From Utricularia gibba (taxonomy: Eukaryota > Plantae > Magnoliophyta): a stretch of DNA of 64,000 nt. The notes below the pieces were generated by a model. It was not told where the DNA came from, made no database searches, and worked only from the letters and a program-made list of their open reading frames with translations. This document shows, one piece after another, positions 21,920 through 35,410 of this stretch. The number at the start of each line of letters is the position of its first letter. Position 1 is the stretch's first letter. Both the position numbers and the translations under genes were made by a program. Location of the stretch: assembly GCA_002189035.1 (NCBI GenBank), contig NEEC01000017.1, forward strand, positions 868,001-932,000, written 5' to 3'.

Positions 21920-24900
21920 ATGGGTTCAGCAGCGGTTGAAGATGTCACTGAGCCTTCGTCTGGGGCTCGTTTTTCTGGAGTTCACATGGACGATAAAGAT
22001 GCACTCACAGATCCAACCACTTCTAAAGCAGAGGATATCAAGCAACCCTTTGTCATAGGTACTGGATATGTCTGTCCTCCATGAGGATCGTGTTTACATG
22101 CTATAATAACTGTTGGAGAATCCAATTGTATCGATATCTGGAATTTAAGAAAAGCATCTGGAAAATGTGTTTTCGATTGAAGTAAAGTTTCTTGGGAATG
22201 TGTTTCACTTTGAGATGGACTTCAGGGGTTGCGGGAGGTGCTGCATCTGGAAAAACTGCTGTTTGTGACATGATAATTGAACAGCTTCGTGATCAGCGTG
22301 TTGTAGTTGTTAATCAGGTATCACTTTCCAAATTCTTTTTTTGTGCAACTATATACTCTCATTGGGGTTGCCTATTTTGTTTAACTGATCATAAAAATTG
22401 CAGGAAAGCTTTTATCACAATTTGGCACCAGAGGAACAAGTTAATGAATACAACTTTGATCACCCGGGTTAGTTTGTTCACGTAGAAGCTTTGGTTGTGG
22501 CATTCCATTCTCCCCAACTATCCATTTCACATTTTTCCTATTTTTTTCAATTGACCTCATTTTGCTTACTCCAAAAGAATTGCTGAACTGTCTTCTTTTT
22601 TAATATTTTCATGCTTCTCTTATCACTATTTTCATTTATTGCTTCAGATGCATTTGACACTGATCTTCTACTCAGCATTATGGAGAAATTAAAACATGGG
22701 CAGGCAGTAGATATTCCAAAATATGATTTCAAGAGTTGCAAAAATGATCTATTCCCCCTCGAAGAGTATGCTATCGTATATTTACGTGTTATAAGTTTTC
22801 TTTTGGTTGTAATGATTAGCTATTATAATATTTCTCCATCTTTGGTACATTTGCAGGTGAATCCCTCGGATGTCATTATTTTAGAAGGAATACTCATTTT
22901 TCATGATTCCCGTGTCAGAGATCTTATGAATATGAAGATATTTGTGGACACAGGTCTCTTATCCCTCCACACCATTTCATTCCTATATGAATTTTCAGCA
23001 CAAGAAATTTACTTCCAATTTTTTTTAGGTGGATGTTGTGTGTCATTAGTCTAGCTTATCAAAACACTGCTTTTAGAAGTATATGCACTTCCATAACTGC
23101 AGCAGTGTGCTTGGCTTTCAGTTATTTCTTGTTATACTATCGCTGATTTTGGAATGGATGTTTTATCTTGTTGTTACTCACAATGAGAATTGAACATTGG
23201 CTACTTATCAGATCGTTATTATGAGCACTAACTGGCTTTACAGATGCGGATGTTCGCCTGGCTAGGAGAATAAGGCGTGATACTGTAGAAAAGTGCAGGG
23301 ACATTGGCACGGTTCTTGATCAGGTAACAAATTTTCAAATATGATGAATTGACCCGTACATTTAATCTGCTTCAGATGACATTGTCTGCTATGTCAATGT
23401 ATCCGTAACAAGGGTTGGTTTAAGCCCTTTATATTGGTTTACACTATTTGTGAATGCTTTTGTTTATATTTTGCTTATTTGCATTTCACCTGCTTGCAGT
23501 ACTCAAAGTTTGTGAAGCCTGCTTTTGATGATTTTATACTTCCAACCAAAAAGTATGCGGACATTATAATTCCACGTGGAGGGGATAATCATGTTGCAAT
23601 TGACTTGATCGTGCAACATATTCGGACTAAACTTGGTCAAAATGACCTTTGTAAAATTTATCCCAACTTATATGTCATTCAAACAACTTTCCAGGTATCT
23701 TCTCTACCTAGAATCCTAATACAGAATATCTAACAAAACCATAAGCTTTTTTCTTCACAGATATTATACTTCCATGGCTATATGATTCCTTTCACAGATA
23801 CGGGGTATGCATACTCTCATACGTGATACCAACACAACCAAGCACGACTTTATATTTTATTCTGACCGGCTGATTCGCCTGGTACGTGTGGGAGATTTTC
23901 TGCTGAAGATTCAATTGGAGATAACTTCTTGGGACTAAGTTACTTCAAGGAACTGTTAATGGTTTAGAGTTTTTCATGCATCTCAGGTCGTTGAACATGG
24001 TCTTGGGCATCTCCCTTTCACAGAGAAGCAGGTGATTACCCCAACGGGTAGGCGTCTAATATCATTTGTTTGTGAGATTACTGCAGTTTCCTGCTTCTCT
24101 GCTGTTGATGTGGCTTTTTTTATCTGTCGGAAACCCTGCTCTGTCTTAAGTTTGTCATCCTTATGAATGGTTTCCTTGGAGCATGCCGCATTCTAAATGG
24201 CCATGGTATTCCATTTGTTTGCTGCAGAATCTGTGTACACTGGTGTTGATTTCTGCAAGAGGCTATGCGGTGTTTCTGTCATAAGAAGGTGTGAGATGAG
24301 GCAAATCAAAGTCATTTGCTGACTTTTGGCATAGCTCCTGTACAGAGAGCCTTGTTTTCCTCATCTTTTCGTGTGGTATGAAATGCAGTGGTGAGAGCAT
24401 GGAGAATGCTCTGCGAGCCTGCTGCAAGGGGATCAAAATTGGCAAAATTCTCATTCATCGTGAAGGCGATAATGGGCAACATGTATCATTTCTCCTAGAT
24501 CCAGCCTTTTTCGCTTCATCCTTTAGTTGTTCTTCCTCCTTTTGATGGGCATGCATTTAAACCATGCAGTTAATTTATGAAAAACTTCCAAATGACATTT
24601 CAGACAGACATGTCTTGTTACTGGATCCGATACTTGGCACAGGTCAGCCTGTCGGAAGTTATGGGCACTGATATCTTCTGGTATTTACATTCTCATCCCG
24701 GATTTCAATCAACCTGCAGGAAATTCAGCTGTTCAAGCCATTTCTCTACTCATCAAGAAAGGTGTACCGGAGTCAAATATTATATTCCTCAATCTGATTT
24801 CTGTAAGACCTTTATCTCTATGCAACAGTTGTATTTGGTAGAATTTATTTGGATTCCGCGCATTCCTTTCGTTGAATATTCAAGTCTGCCTGAAAACAAC

Positions 24901-25092
24901 ACGAGGGATGCTCACTCCTTCTCCCTCACTCTGATTTCTCCAGGCACCTCAAGGAGTACATATGGTGTGCAAGCGTTTCCCCAGGCTGAAGATCGTTACC
25001 TCTGAGATCGAAATGGGTCTGAATGACGACTATCGTGTGATCCCGGCATGGGCGAGTTTGGAGACCGATACTTCGGAACAGATGACGACTGA
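21920..25092 (+). CDS. Uridine kinase-like / UPRT-domain protein (UKL3/UKL4-like), multi-exon, with two apparent 1-bp deletions (22754-22758 and 25042-25046); 5' UTR intron 21051-21888
   Basis: PFVIG|[12 protein letters not shown]-loop, [105 protein letters not shown]; C-terminal (G)[14 protein letters not shown] in the shifted frame, stop 25090-25092. Confidence 0.9.
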
Positions 25093-27442
25093 CGTCACTT
25101 GCAGGGCGGTGGATGAAGCACTTGCACTCACAGCACCGAAGAGCCAATGGCAAGCAGTACGTGGATCTCGCCGCCAAAAGGTTGTGACTTTCACAACGGT
25201 TTTGTTACAAGAACTGTGTGAAGTACTTGAGCAAAAGAACACATTCGGATTGTTCTCCTTATTCCCATTCGACATTTGCAGCTTCGTGACACTGGAACAT
25301 AATATTCTGCATTTACCAGACAATATCCCTGTTGTGTATCCATCAGTTTGCAGCACAGATTTATCTATCTGTCTTAGCATGAAGTAGGATCAGTTTTTTT
25401 TTTTTTTTTTTTTTGAGGATTCACCTTATATTATAGTTACCAATGGAAAGAGTACAACAGCAATCCGTTTTACCGTTATTCGGTGACATCTTTCCCTAAC
25501 ATAGTCCCTATTAGCCGATGCTCGTTGAATCTTGCAGAGGTGCTCGTTCCATCGCCAAGATTGGGTCCCTCAGCCAGTCATGGATGGGGATAGTTTTGGT
25601 GTTTCTGCTAGTGTGCAGCCACGATATGACTTTACTTTGCACAAGATATAGACTCCTGATAGCCATTGCCATCTTTCCCATGAGTTCGTCTCATTGTTCC
25701 TTGAAATGTTTCTTGTTGTGAAGATGCCTTTCTCTGTTCGGAGTGCACTATGGCAGCACAAGTTCCATGTTGATAGTGATATGGTAAACCTATCAAGATG
25801 CCATCAGTCTAAAATACAACTCCACAAGCATTGTGCCATGGTGCACGTAAACATGATATGGTCCAGTGTTTTCATGCTCTGTCCACACCAGGCACATGTG
25901 CCTATCGTCGTTGATGCTCCTCGCGTCATCAAGTTGTCCCTAGTAGGCAATCTGTTCATGTTAGCTTGCCACAAGAAAATTCTGATTTTTAGCGAGATTG
26001 TGTCCTAGGCAGTTGTGAAAGGGTGCCATGAGCTCTGGGGTGATCTTGAGCACATGACTTCCTTGGCTAGCTTTACTATGAAGGCTTGGCTTTGTGGCCT
26101 GAACACAACCGTGTCTTCGCTACTTCCTGGGATGTGCGGTGTTGCCGCCACTCAACGAGGTTTTGTATTACTGTAGTGACAAAGACAGAGCCCAGTGGTG
26201 ATTCTTGTTTAATGACCTGGAGCCAAAGTGGCCTAACAGTTTGGAGGAGTTGTTGTTCTGTTGAGTAGAGGGAAGACCTTGCAAGGATGTCATAGCCATA
26301 GAGGTTTGGGAAGTCGTTCTTCAAAGTGCTGTCAAAAGAGCTCCAACAGTCTTCCCAAAAGTGGATTTGAGTTCCACTCCCCGGTTGATGTTTGAAGTTG
26401 GATGTGATATCCACTGCAGGGAAGCTTTGCTGAATTCGTGCTTGTAGTCTTGTGATGCGTCCCCACCTTGTGTTTCGCAACCGAGGGCCTAGTGAGGTGT
26501 TGAGGCTGCCGTATGCTACATATATAGATTCATTGGCTTGTTTCCATAGCCCACCATGCTCCATCTTATATCGCCACCACCATTTGGCCAATAGAGCTAG
26601 ATTAGCCATCTCCAAGCTCCCGATGTTTAGGCCCCCTTCCTCATAAGGTTTGAGGAGTGTTTTCCAGCTGATCCACACGGTCTTTCTGTTTGTCGCCGAG
26701 GGTCCATCCCAAAAGAAGCGCATCCGAATCCTCTCCAGTTTAGCCAACACTTTTTGGGGGACCTGAAAAAGAGAGAAATAATACATGGGTAGACTCCCCA
26801 ATACCGCTTTACACATGGTGAGTCGCCTGCCTTTAGACATCCATTTGGATGCCCATGACTCGATCCGAAGATGGACTCTACATGTTAGCGCCTCTCAAGA
26901 CTTTGTCTTTTGCATATCTGCCCCTATACGGAGGTCAAGGTATTCCATTGAGTAGTCATTGATGCCGCACCCTAATCGAGCAAATTAGTCCTGGCTCACG
27001 TTGATCCTGAGAATTTTAGTCTTGAGCAAATTAACCTACAAGCCTAAGAGATGGTAGAAAACATTAATCAAGGATAGTAGATTGCGCATGTTTTGATCGT
27101 CCCATTCAACGAACAGTACAGTGTCATTTGCATATTGTAAGTGGGAAATATGGACTCTGCCCCGTCCCATCTGGACCCTCTTGATCAGCTGTGATTCATG
27201 ACCTCTACAAAGCATATAGCTTAGCCCTTTAGTCACTATCAAGAAGAGATAAGGGGACAAAGGGTCTGATTGTCACAGACCACGTTCCAGATAAATTGGG
27301 GTTGAGGCAAAGCCATTTATGAGGATTGATAGGGACGATGTGGTGATGCACGCCGTGATCCATCTGATCCATCTGTCGCCAAAACCTTTTAGTCTGATCA
27401 TCATAAACAAAAAATCCCAATCAACACTGTCATAGGCCTTCT

Positions 27443-27586
27443 TGTTACCATAGCTTGTATATAGGTTTTAATTGTGGATTAGTTGCTAAGATTATGACAT
27501 TAGTTTAGGACACACTTTGTATAAATATGCGTGTTCATTCAATGGAAAATTATCAGTTTTCCCACTTTTCTTTCTTCATTTGTACA
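27443..27586 (+). repeat. 5' LTR (144 bp, TG...CA)
   Basis: Begins TGTTACC right after the TSD, ends GTACA right before the PBS; last 102 bp match 31562-31663 at 95/102. Confidence 0.9.
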
Positions 27587-27600
27587 TGGTATCAAAGCCA
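27587..27600 (+). promoter_or_regulatory. Primer-binding site (tRNA-iMet type) TGGTATCAAAGCCA
   Basis: One mismatch to the canonical TGGTATCAGAGC, directly after the 5' LTR. Confidence 0.85.
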
Positions 27601-30600
27601 AGGTTGCGTTACTCAAATCAGATGGCTTTCTCTGATTTTTTCGTCATGTCTTCGTTGTCTTCTCCCACCCAATTGGTTTCAACCAAGCTCATTGATAATA
27701 GTTACCTTGCGTGGTCAAAGGCTGTTCGGATTGCCCTTGGAGGACGTGATTGTCTTGGTCATCTTGATGTTAGCACGTCCCCTTTCCCACTAGGACCTCG
27801 GCCAATTGATGCAGCAGCCGTGCACGCATGGGAGAATGCCTCTCAATCTATGAACGAGTGGCAGCACCAGGACTATCAAGTCATAATCTTTCTCTTAAAC
27901 TCAATAGAGAAGGACCTCGTTGAGGCTTTTGTTTTCTTTGACAATATGAAAAGGCTCTGGGAAGAGATTGACCGACGTTTTGGGGCTTCTATCGAACCCC
28001 AAATCTTTCACTTAAGAGGCAAGCTGCAAACCCTAACTCAAGGAGGGGACACTGTCATCGCTTACTACACCAAACTGAAACGGATCTGGAATCAATTGGA
28101 TTCCCTACGTGCTTTACCTTCCGCTGCAGGTGATCTCAGAATTCAACTCCGGTTGAGAGAGGATTCAGATCGACTCCAACAATTTCCATTTGGTTTGGAT
28201 GCATCATATGACTCTCTAAAGAAACAAATAATCGTTTCACATGTATCACTAGAGGAAGCATGTTGTCTTGTTCTTTCTTGTGAACAACGAAAACACCTAG
28301 CTCCATTCCCGATTGAAGGTGGCCCCGTCTTCATTTATGGTGGCCAAGCATGGTCCATCTGTCCCAACTTCAATTAATGCCAACCCTCACCATGCCGACA
28401 CATCATGCTCCAATTGCTCTTATTGTGGGCGGGTTGGCCACACCAGGGAACGATGCTGGAGATTACATGGGCGTCCGAAGAATCCGAAGCGTAAAAATGG
28501 TGATCATCAAGCCAATATGGTTAGCTCTAGCATGCAGGCGGCACCCTTTTATGTGGGTGGAGGATCTCTACCACAGGAACTCGTAAATCTCGTTCATTCA
28601 CTCTGCCATTCTTTCCTGGTTCAACATCAGTCCAACACTACTCAGGATAATTCTGGAGGTAGGGAGATTGAGGTAGAAACGGATGCAGGAGCCTTCTCAG
28701 GTATGACTACTAATGCTTCTCGTTAGTCTAAGCAAGACTGGATCCTAGATTTTGGTGCCACTTCCCATATATGTGGCCCTCAAATTTCTCTACGCAACAT
28801 TAAAACATCCAGTTCAAGTCAAAAGGTTTTTTTGCCAAATAATCTTGCTCTCAAGGTTGACAGCATTGGGGACTATTGCTTCACTTCTGGCCTTCAGTTC
28901 TCTGATGTTCTTCAAGTTCCTAATTTCTTGTGAATTTGGCCTCAGTTTACTAGATAGTTAAACACAAAAATTTACGTGCTATCTTCGATGCCGATGGTTG
29001 TGTTTTGTAGGACCGGAACAGTGAAACTATGGTTGTGCGGGGATATGTGAAGAATGGTCTCTATAGCCTTTTTGATATTGGGTCTCAGAATAAATTTACT
29101 CAATTTTATTCTACGTTTGTTCATACTTCCACCAAAGCTACTAGCTTACAAACATGGCATCACAGATTCGGACATGCACCAGGTTTCAGTTTGCCATATT
29201 TGCCATTTGTCTAAACAAACTAGGCTGCCCTTTCATGTAGATGACAAACAAGTTTCTCAACCATTTGATTTGCTACATGTGGATTTATGGGGACAGTATG
29301 CTACAGTCTCTCGGCACAATGCTCACTATTTTTTGACAATTGTTGATGATTATTCTAGAGCCATCTGGGTTTACCTCCTCTTTAACAAATCTCATACCTT
29401 CCATCGAATTTGAGACTTTATTGCATATGTAAGAACTCAATTTGGGGTGATGATTAAACAAATTCATACATACAATGGTTCTGAATTCGTGAACTCTAGT
29501 TGCACCCTTGCTTTTCAAAAACAAGGGATCATTCATAATCAAACTTGTGTCTACTCAACACAACAGAATGGGCGCGTGGAGCGCAAGCACCGCCACTTGG
29601 GTGACTTAGCAAGATCTATGCTCTTACATGCTAGAATGCCCAAGAATTTTTGGGGTGATGCAATTTTAATTACTGCTTATTTGATAAATCGCCTTCCCTC
29701 AACTGCCATTTCCATGAAGACTCCTTTTGAGATGTTATATCACACAGCTCCTAACTGCTCTCATCTTAGAGTTTTCGGATGTCTTGTCTATGCTTCAGAC
29801 ACCACGCCACACAGAGACAAATTTGCTCCGCGAACCATTGCTTCCGTTTTATTGGGAAATACCAGTAGCCGTCACAATTATCGGCTCCTCAATCTCACCA
29901 CTCAGTGAGAATTCATCTCTCGTGATGTCTTCTTTCATGAGGATTTTTTTCCTTTTCACTCACCACTTGCAGGCAGACGCTTCTCATTACCGGTCTCTTC
30001 TCAATCATCAGAATCGGTCCCTGCTTCTATTATCCAGACCTCTTGCGATTGTGATCATGCTGATTTGTTTGTTCTAGATCCTCTCAATCTTGGGTTGAAT
30101 GATGAAGTTCCAAAACCTAGTCCAACAACCCGTGACATGACAACAACTCCTTCATCTACTGCCTACGAGCTGGAATTCACTGATGACCCATCTCACCTTC
30201 ATTTGAGTTCCACTTCGGGCCCATCAACAACTCCTCCTATGGGGACGGCCACAACAGCCCTTCGTCGTTCAGCGTGCATTACTCACATGCTAGCATGGAT
30301 GGATGATTACCACATTAATGCAGCCATCGACTTGGAGCATCATGCCTTCATGGCTCGTTTGGATGAGGCTCAAGAACCTACATCTTATTCAGAAGCCAAC
30401 TTGGATCCTCTATGGGTTGCAGCGATGGTTGAAGAGCTTGAGACATTACATCGTAACCACACTTGGGAACTAATTGCTTTGCCCCCAGGGAAACAACCCA
30501 TCGGATGCAAATGAGTCTACAAGACCAAGTTGAACCTTGATGTTTCCATCAACAGATGCAAAGCACGCCTTGTGGCCCAAGGTTTCAGCCAGCAAGAAGA

Positions 30601-31561
30601 GGTTGACTACATAGATGTCTTTGCACCAGTCGCCAAGATCACCACAGTGAGACTCTTCATTTGCTTGGCTGCTCAACGCTCTTGGCCTTTGAAGCAATTA
30701 GATGTTAATAAGCTTTACACGGGATATTAGATGAAGAAGTTTACATGAAAGTCCCTCCAGGCTATTTAGACGCTAGTTCTTCATAAGTTTGTTGGCTTCA
30801 AAAATCTTTATATGATCTGAAACAGGTATCTCGTCAATGGAATCGCGAACTTACTGGAGCTTTGATATCAATTGGATTTCTTGCCTCTGCCAATGATCCA
30901 TGCCTTTTTTCATGCGTTGATGTTGATTCCACCACTTATTGGTTTACGTCGATGATATTCTCATCACTGGGTCCTCTTTGCCTAAGATTGAGTTTCTTAT
31001 CTAGTTTCTTCACGGTAAATTTACTGTGAAAGACTTGGGGGATGCCAAGTACTTCATTGGCCTAGAGCTCTATCGATCCTCAGAGAGAATTTTATTAATC
31101 AATAGAAGTTCATCAAGGACATTATTCAGGATATGGGACTTCTTCATGCTCGCCCTGGCTCATCTCCTTTGCCTACTGGGCTGCAGTTATTTGATGATAC
31201 CTCCCCTATTCTCCCAGATGCTCGACCTTTTCATCGCCTTGTGGGACGTTTGTTGTACCTATCATATACCATACCAGACTTGGGGTTTGCAACACATCAC
31301 TTAAGACAATTTATGCAGGAGCCTTGGGAATCTCATTGGAATGCAGGAGTGCATGTGGTTCGTTATTTGCTCGGGTTTCAAACCCTCGGTATCAGGTACA
31401 CACCGGTCATTGATGCATAACTTAAGGCCTATTGTGACGTAGATTGGGCAGCATGTCGTGTCACTCGCCGTTCACTCTCTGGCTATTGTATCTTTTTCGG
31501 TGGGCAACTGGTTTCTTGGAAGTCTAAGAAGCAATCGAATATTTCTAAGTCCTCAACTGAA

Positions 31562-31663
31562 GCTAAGATTACGACGTTAGTTTAGGACACACTTTGTATA
31601 AATATGCGTGTTCATTCAATGGAAAATCATCGGTTTTCCCACTTTTTCTTCTTCATTCGTACA
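31562..31663 (+). repeat. 3' LTR remnant (102 bp; 5' end and PPT deleted)
   Basis: Aligns without gaps to 27485-27586; fused directly to the RNase H codons for SSTEA. Confidence 0.9.
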
Positions 31664-34600
31664 CTTCTGAAAATCAATTCTGATGGTTGTAGCTTGTTTC
31701 TTGCTTCGCCTTGATGCAACCACAACCTCATCCGCTATGAGTATGCTGTCTAGAATACTCCGCCCCTTTAGAAAAGCAGTTTGCTCCTGGCTTATCACCC
31801 CCTGTATCACTTGTCGTAGCCTATTCAAGAGTAGCTTTGCTAGGATCTTATATTGGCTGGTGACCAGTCTGATCGGCCTATATTCTCCCAAGTGCTGTGG
31901 GTTCCTCTTTTTTGAGATAAGGCTAATGAAGGTGGCGTTAGCCCCCACACCTAGATTTGCTATCGCCTCGAATCTACGTATCCAAGAGACCACCTCTGGA
32001 CTAACCATGCTCTAGAAGGTCACAAAAAATTCCACCATGAAACCGTTAGGGCCTGGGCATTTGTCCTTCCCACAATCAACCAAAGCTTCCAAAATCTCTT
32101 CCTCAAGGAACGGCTGTTCCAGGACTACGTTCTCGTTGGGTTGGAGCCGATGCATGTCTTGCCAGTCTACTTGATAGCACTGCGAAGGAGCTTTGTGGAA
32201 TGTTGCTTGGAAGTAATTAGATACTTCGGTCTTCATGCGGGTGGTATTCGAGATTCATTCGCTGTTGAACAAAAAAACCCTACATCTATTCCGATTGCGC
32301 TAATAGACCATGGAGCGGTGGAAAAACCTGCTATTCTCTTCCCCAACTTTTAGCCACTGGTTGCGTGAGCGTATCTGGCAATGCACGTCGTATTCGTAAC
32401 TCTGGCCAACCATCGGGATTGAAGTGCAACCCCCACCCTCGGCTCCTCTTCGGTTAAAGGTTGGTTCTCCATGTCAATTTCCCAGCATTCTACCGTTGAG
32501 GCCAGCAGCTTCAGTTCCTGCTCTATGCGGATGCCATGGGTTGCAATCCATACCTTGAGTACTTTCTTCAGCTGTCTTAGCTTGGTCAATAAGATGCATC
32601 CATCAGAATGGTGGTGGGAGGCCTGTGCTCAAGTGTCTTGGACGATCATCTTCAGGTCCTCATGTTTCAACCATATGTTATTGAATCAAAGCAGTTTCGG
32701 TCCATCATCCACTCATTCCATTTTGAGCATTATTGAGCAGTGGTTGGCAATATCCCATCGCAAGGCTATGAGAGAGCACTGTGGGAAGCGGGTTAGCACT
32801 TCCTCTGATACCAAACCTCTGTCTATCTTGCTTCGCCGTCTCATGTTTGGACTATTCCAAGTGTATCGTCTTGCCCCTAACGGCATATCCTTAAGGTCAT
32901 TCCGAATCCTAAATTCTTTGAAGCGGTCTCGATCTGCCTTATTGCCATCCTCACATCCCCCATCTTTCACTTGCATAAAAAGTTTCATAAAAGTCTCCGA
33001 TCAGTATCGAAGGCGCAGGACACTGCCATACACATTTATCAACTAATTTCGAAAGGGTTTACAGGCTCTATTTTTATTCTTAAGCTAATAGCTTTCTCAT
33101 ATACTTCAGAAGCTACTCCCTCAGCTGTCTCTTCATTCCATGCAAGCTACATGAGTAACCACAATTAGAGGGCCCCCAAATGCTCCTCAGATAGCGATGA
33201 TTCAAACCTGCCGACAGTGTTTCCTACAATAGCAACATATCAGCTTTTTGCTCCCTCAGGTGATGTCGTAGAGCCCTTCTCTTCCTGGTGCTTCTGATGC
33301 CGTGCATGTTCACACTGCCTATGGTCGTCATGGGTATACGGGTGCATTCCGAGTGTCTTCGCGGTGGAAGGTGATTCCAAGGTGTCCAACCACAAAAATA
33401 TCCTCTTCTCGTGGGCGGTTAGTCTCTCTTGATGGTGTAGATCACCCTTCTAGTGCAATACGATGTAGTTCAGACCTGTTAAGAATCCTGATGTGTCAGA
33501 GCTTCTCCTGGAGTCGTACAATGGGCTCATCACTCATAAAAGACATCTGTGCCTTAGGCTCAAGATGCTCTGCTTGTAGGTTGAAGTCTTGATCATGCTT
33601 AGGGTGATCCGCCTGTAGGTTGAAATCCTGGTGAGGCTGCCTAATAGCCATTGCTCCATTGCCCTCTGATTCAGCCTCTCTTTCAGAAACATAGTCGTTC
33701 GCCGCACTCTAGCCCACGCCATTGCTTCCCGTTGTTCACATGTCACAAGCTGGGTGTGAGTCGTCCATCTCTGAGACCCATATTTGACGTTTTTTTCCTT
33801 TCCATTCAATCCTGTGAAGGTCACAGATCTCTCTCAGCAGTTTGGTGCATACCAGAACACTGCCAAAGGTAATCTGAATACGACTTACTGTGGCTTCTCC
33901 AATTGCGATTATTATTTCCCACTCGTTTGCTATCTATTTGAAGTTATTCTCTGACCATGCCACTAACGTATTCCCTGAACCTTCAGCCAAGTATAACGAG
34001 TTTGCACATCAAAGGAATCAGCGCATTTAATCCAGTGGAAATGTTCCTTGAACAATGAGTTGTCTGTGAAAGTGGCTTCGTTCAATTCATCCGGGTCCTT
34101 GAATTCCAGTAGGAAACGGGGGCCTCCCATGCTCAGCACTCGTATCCCCTGGAAATCTGCCTCCCCTAGCATGATTCTGGGTGTGAAGGTTTCGTAGATC
34201 TATTTCGTCTCACTGACGGTGCTTCTTGCTGCCCAGGTTTTGGCTTCTGGAGCCTTCACCAAAGGATAGGAGATTGTCTTGGGTCTCTGTTTTCCTTTGA
34301 ATGATGGTTTTGATGAATCCCGGTGCTTGCGACTTCTGCCCATATACGCTGCCCTAGTTGACCAATTGGAGGTGTCACGTCCCTCTCCCTTGCCTGAGAT
34401 TGCACCCCCTATGTGCGAAGCACTCACATTTCAGCCCCCTCGTGCTGTCCGCTTGCCTTCCCCACCCAGTATCAACGCATGACCAAAGAGCAGTCGCCCC
34501 TAGATGCTTTCTCCCTGACGCAATTTTCTAGATGTTGAGCCTCGCCTTGTTTAGTGAATCGTAGGAAACCAAATCGCTTCCCATTCTTGCCCAGACGAGA

Positions 34601-35410
34601 GCTTACATACACGTCTACCAGCGTCCCGCAATCCGCAAAGTGGAGTCAAAGCTCTACTACCCCCCAATTTTTTTGGAAATAGGGTAACGAAAAAGGTGTG
34701 GCAAATGTATGTGAATGCCTTCCACTAGGGTTTGGGTGTCCTAATCCTACCCTCTCAAGGTCTCGCACCAGCTTGACCCCTCTGAATCAGGCCACCGGAA
34801 GGCAGACGACGGTCCCAATTCAAGTTCGGTGGGTTTGAAAGCCGAAAGCACGGGTTCTCACTCGTGTTCTCTCTCTCTATTATGAAGCTGGATAATGTGT
34901 TAGTCTGCTAGCATATAAGAGGGCTCGGTTGCATTTTTAGAGAAAAGAGGTATGGTGGTCGTTGAACTGAGCCTTGGTTCACAAGACTAGGATAATCAGG
35001 ACGTTGTGGCCCAATCACTCATTGCCTATTTGAGACGGTTAAGGATGAACAAGGGGTAAAGCAGTAGCATTCTGAAGGAAACGCAGGAGAATTGAATCTG
35101 GATATGCAGGAGCTTGGGCTTATCATGCTTGACCGAAATACAACAAAATGAGACTTTAAGGTGGATACACCAAACAAGACACATCAGTAACTATCCAAGG
35201 CTCTAGGTGTGCTTACTACAGTAGCTGAGTAGGAGGATCCACAACGGCTAATTCCTAGAACGTAGGCTACCATTGCCTATCTACCCGTATAAATACATGT
35301 ATTCACTCCTAATGCAAAAAAGCCTTCAATACAAAATCTCTCTATGAGAACAAAGACCAGCAACAACATATCACATGATTTATGCTCAGCTCTACAGAAG
35401 CAAACCAACA

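Larger units (their letters stand above)
27443..31663 (+). mobile_element. Ty1/Copia LTR retrotransposon, decayed, with exact 5-bp TSD CTTCT (27438-27442 and 31664-31668)
   Basis: gag (NSYLAWSKAVRIALGG), CCHC knuckle CSYCGRVGHTRERC, protease WILDFGATSHIC, integrase (LLHVDLWG, TIVDDYSR, QQNGRVERKHR), RT (KARLVAQGF, FAPVAK), RNase H start (AYCDVDWA...SWKSKKQ); many stops and frameshifts. Confidence 0.93.
25394..34879 (-). mobile_element. L1-clade LINE retrotransposon, near full length, decayed, split by a Copia insertion
   Basis: Minus strand: RRM and DUF4283-like ORF1 (~34700-33900), endonuclease (~33000-32400), RT (DKCPGPNGF, YRPIRLV...YKILAK, QTAFLKGRSI, IDFQK//AYDSVDW, MSPYLF, LQYANDT), zf-RVT (RLPTRDNL...CAWCGQ...DHIMFTC); 21-nt poly(A) seen as T run 25394-25414. 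Confidence 0.88.
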
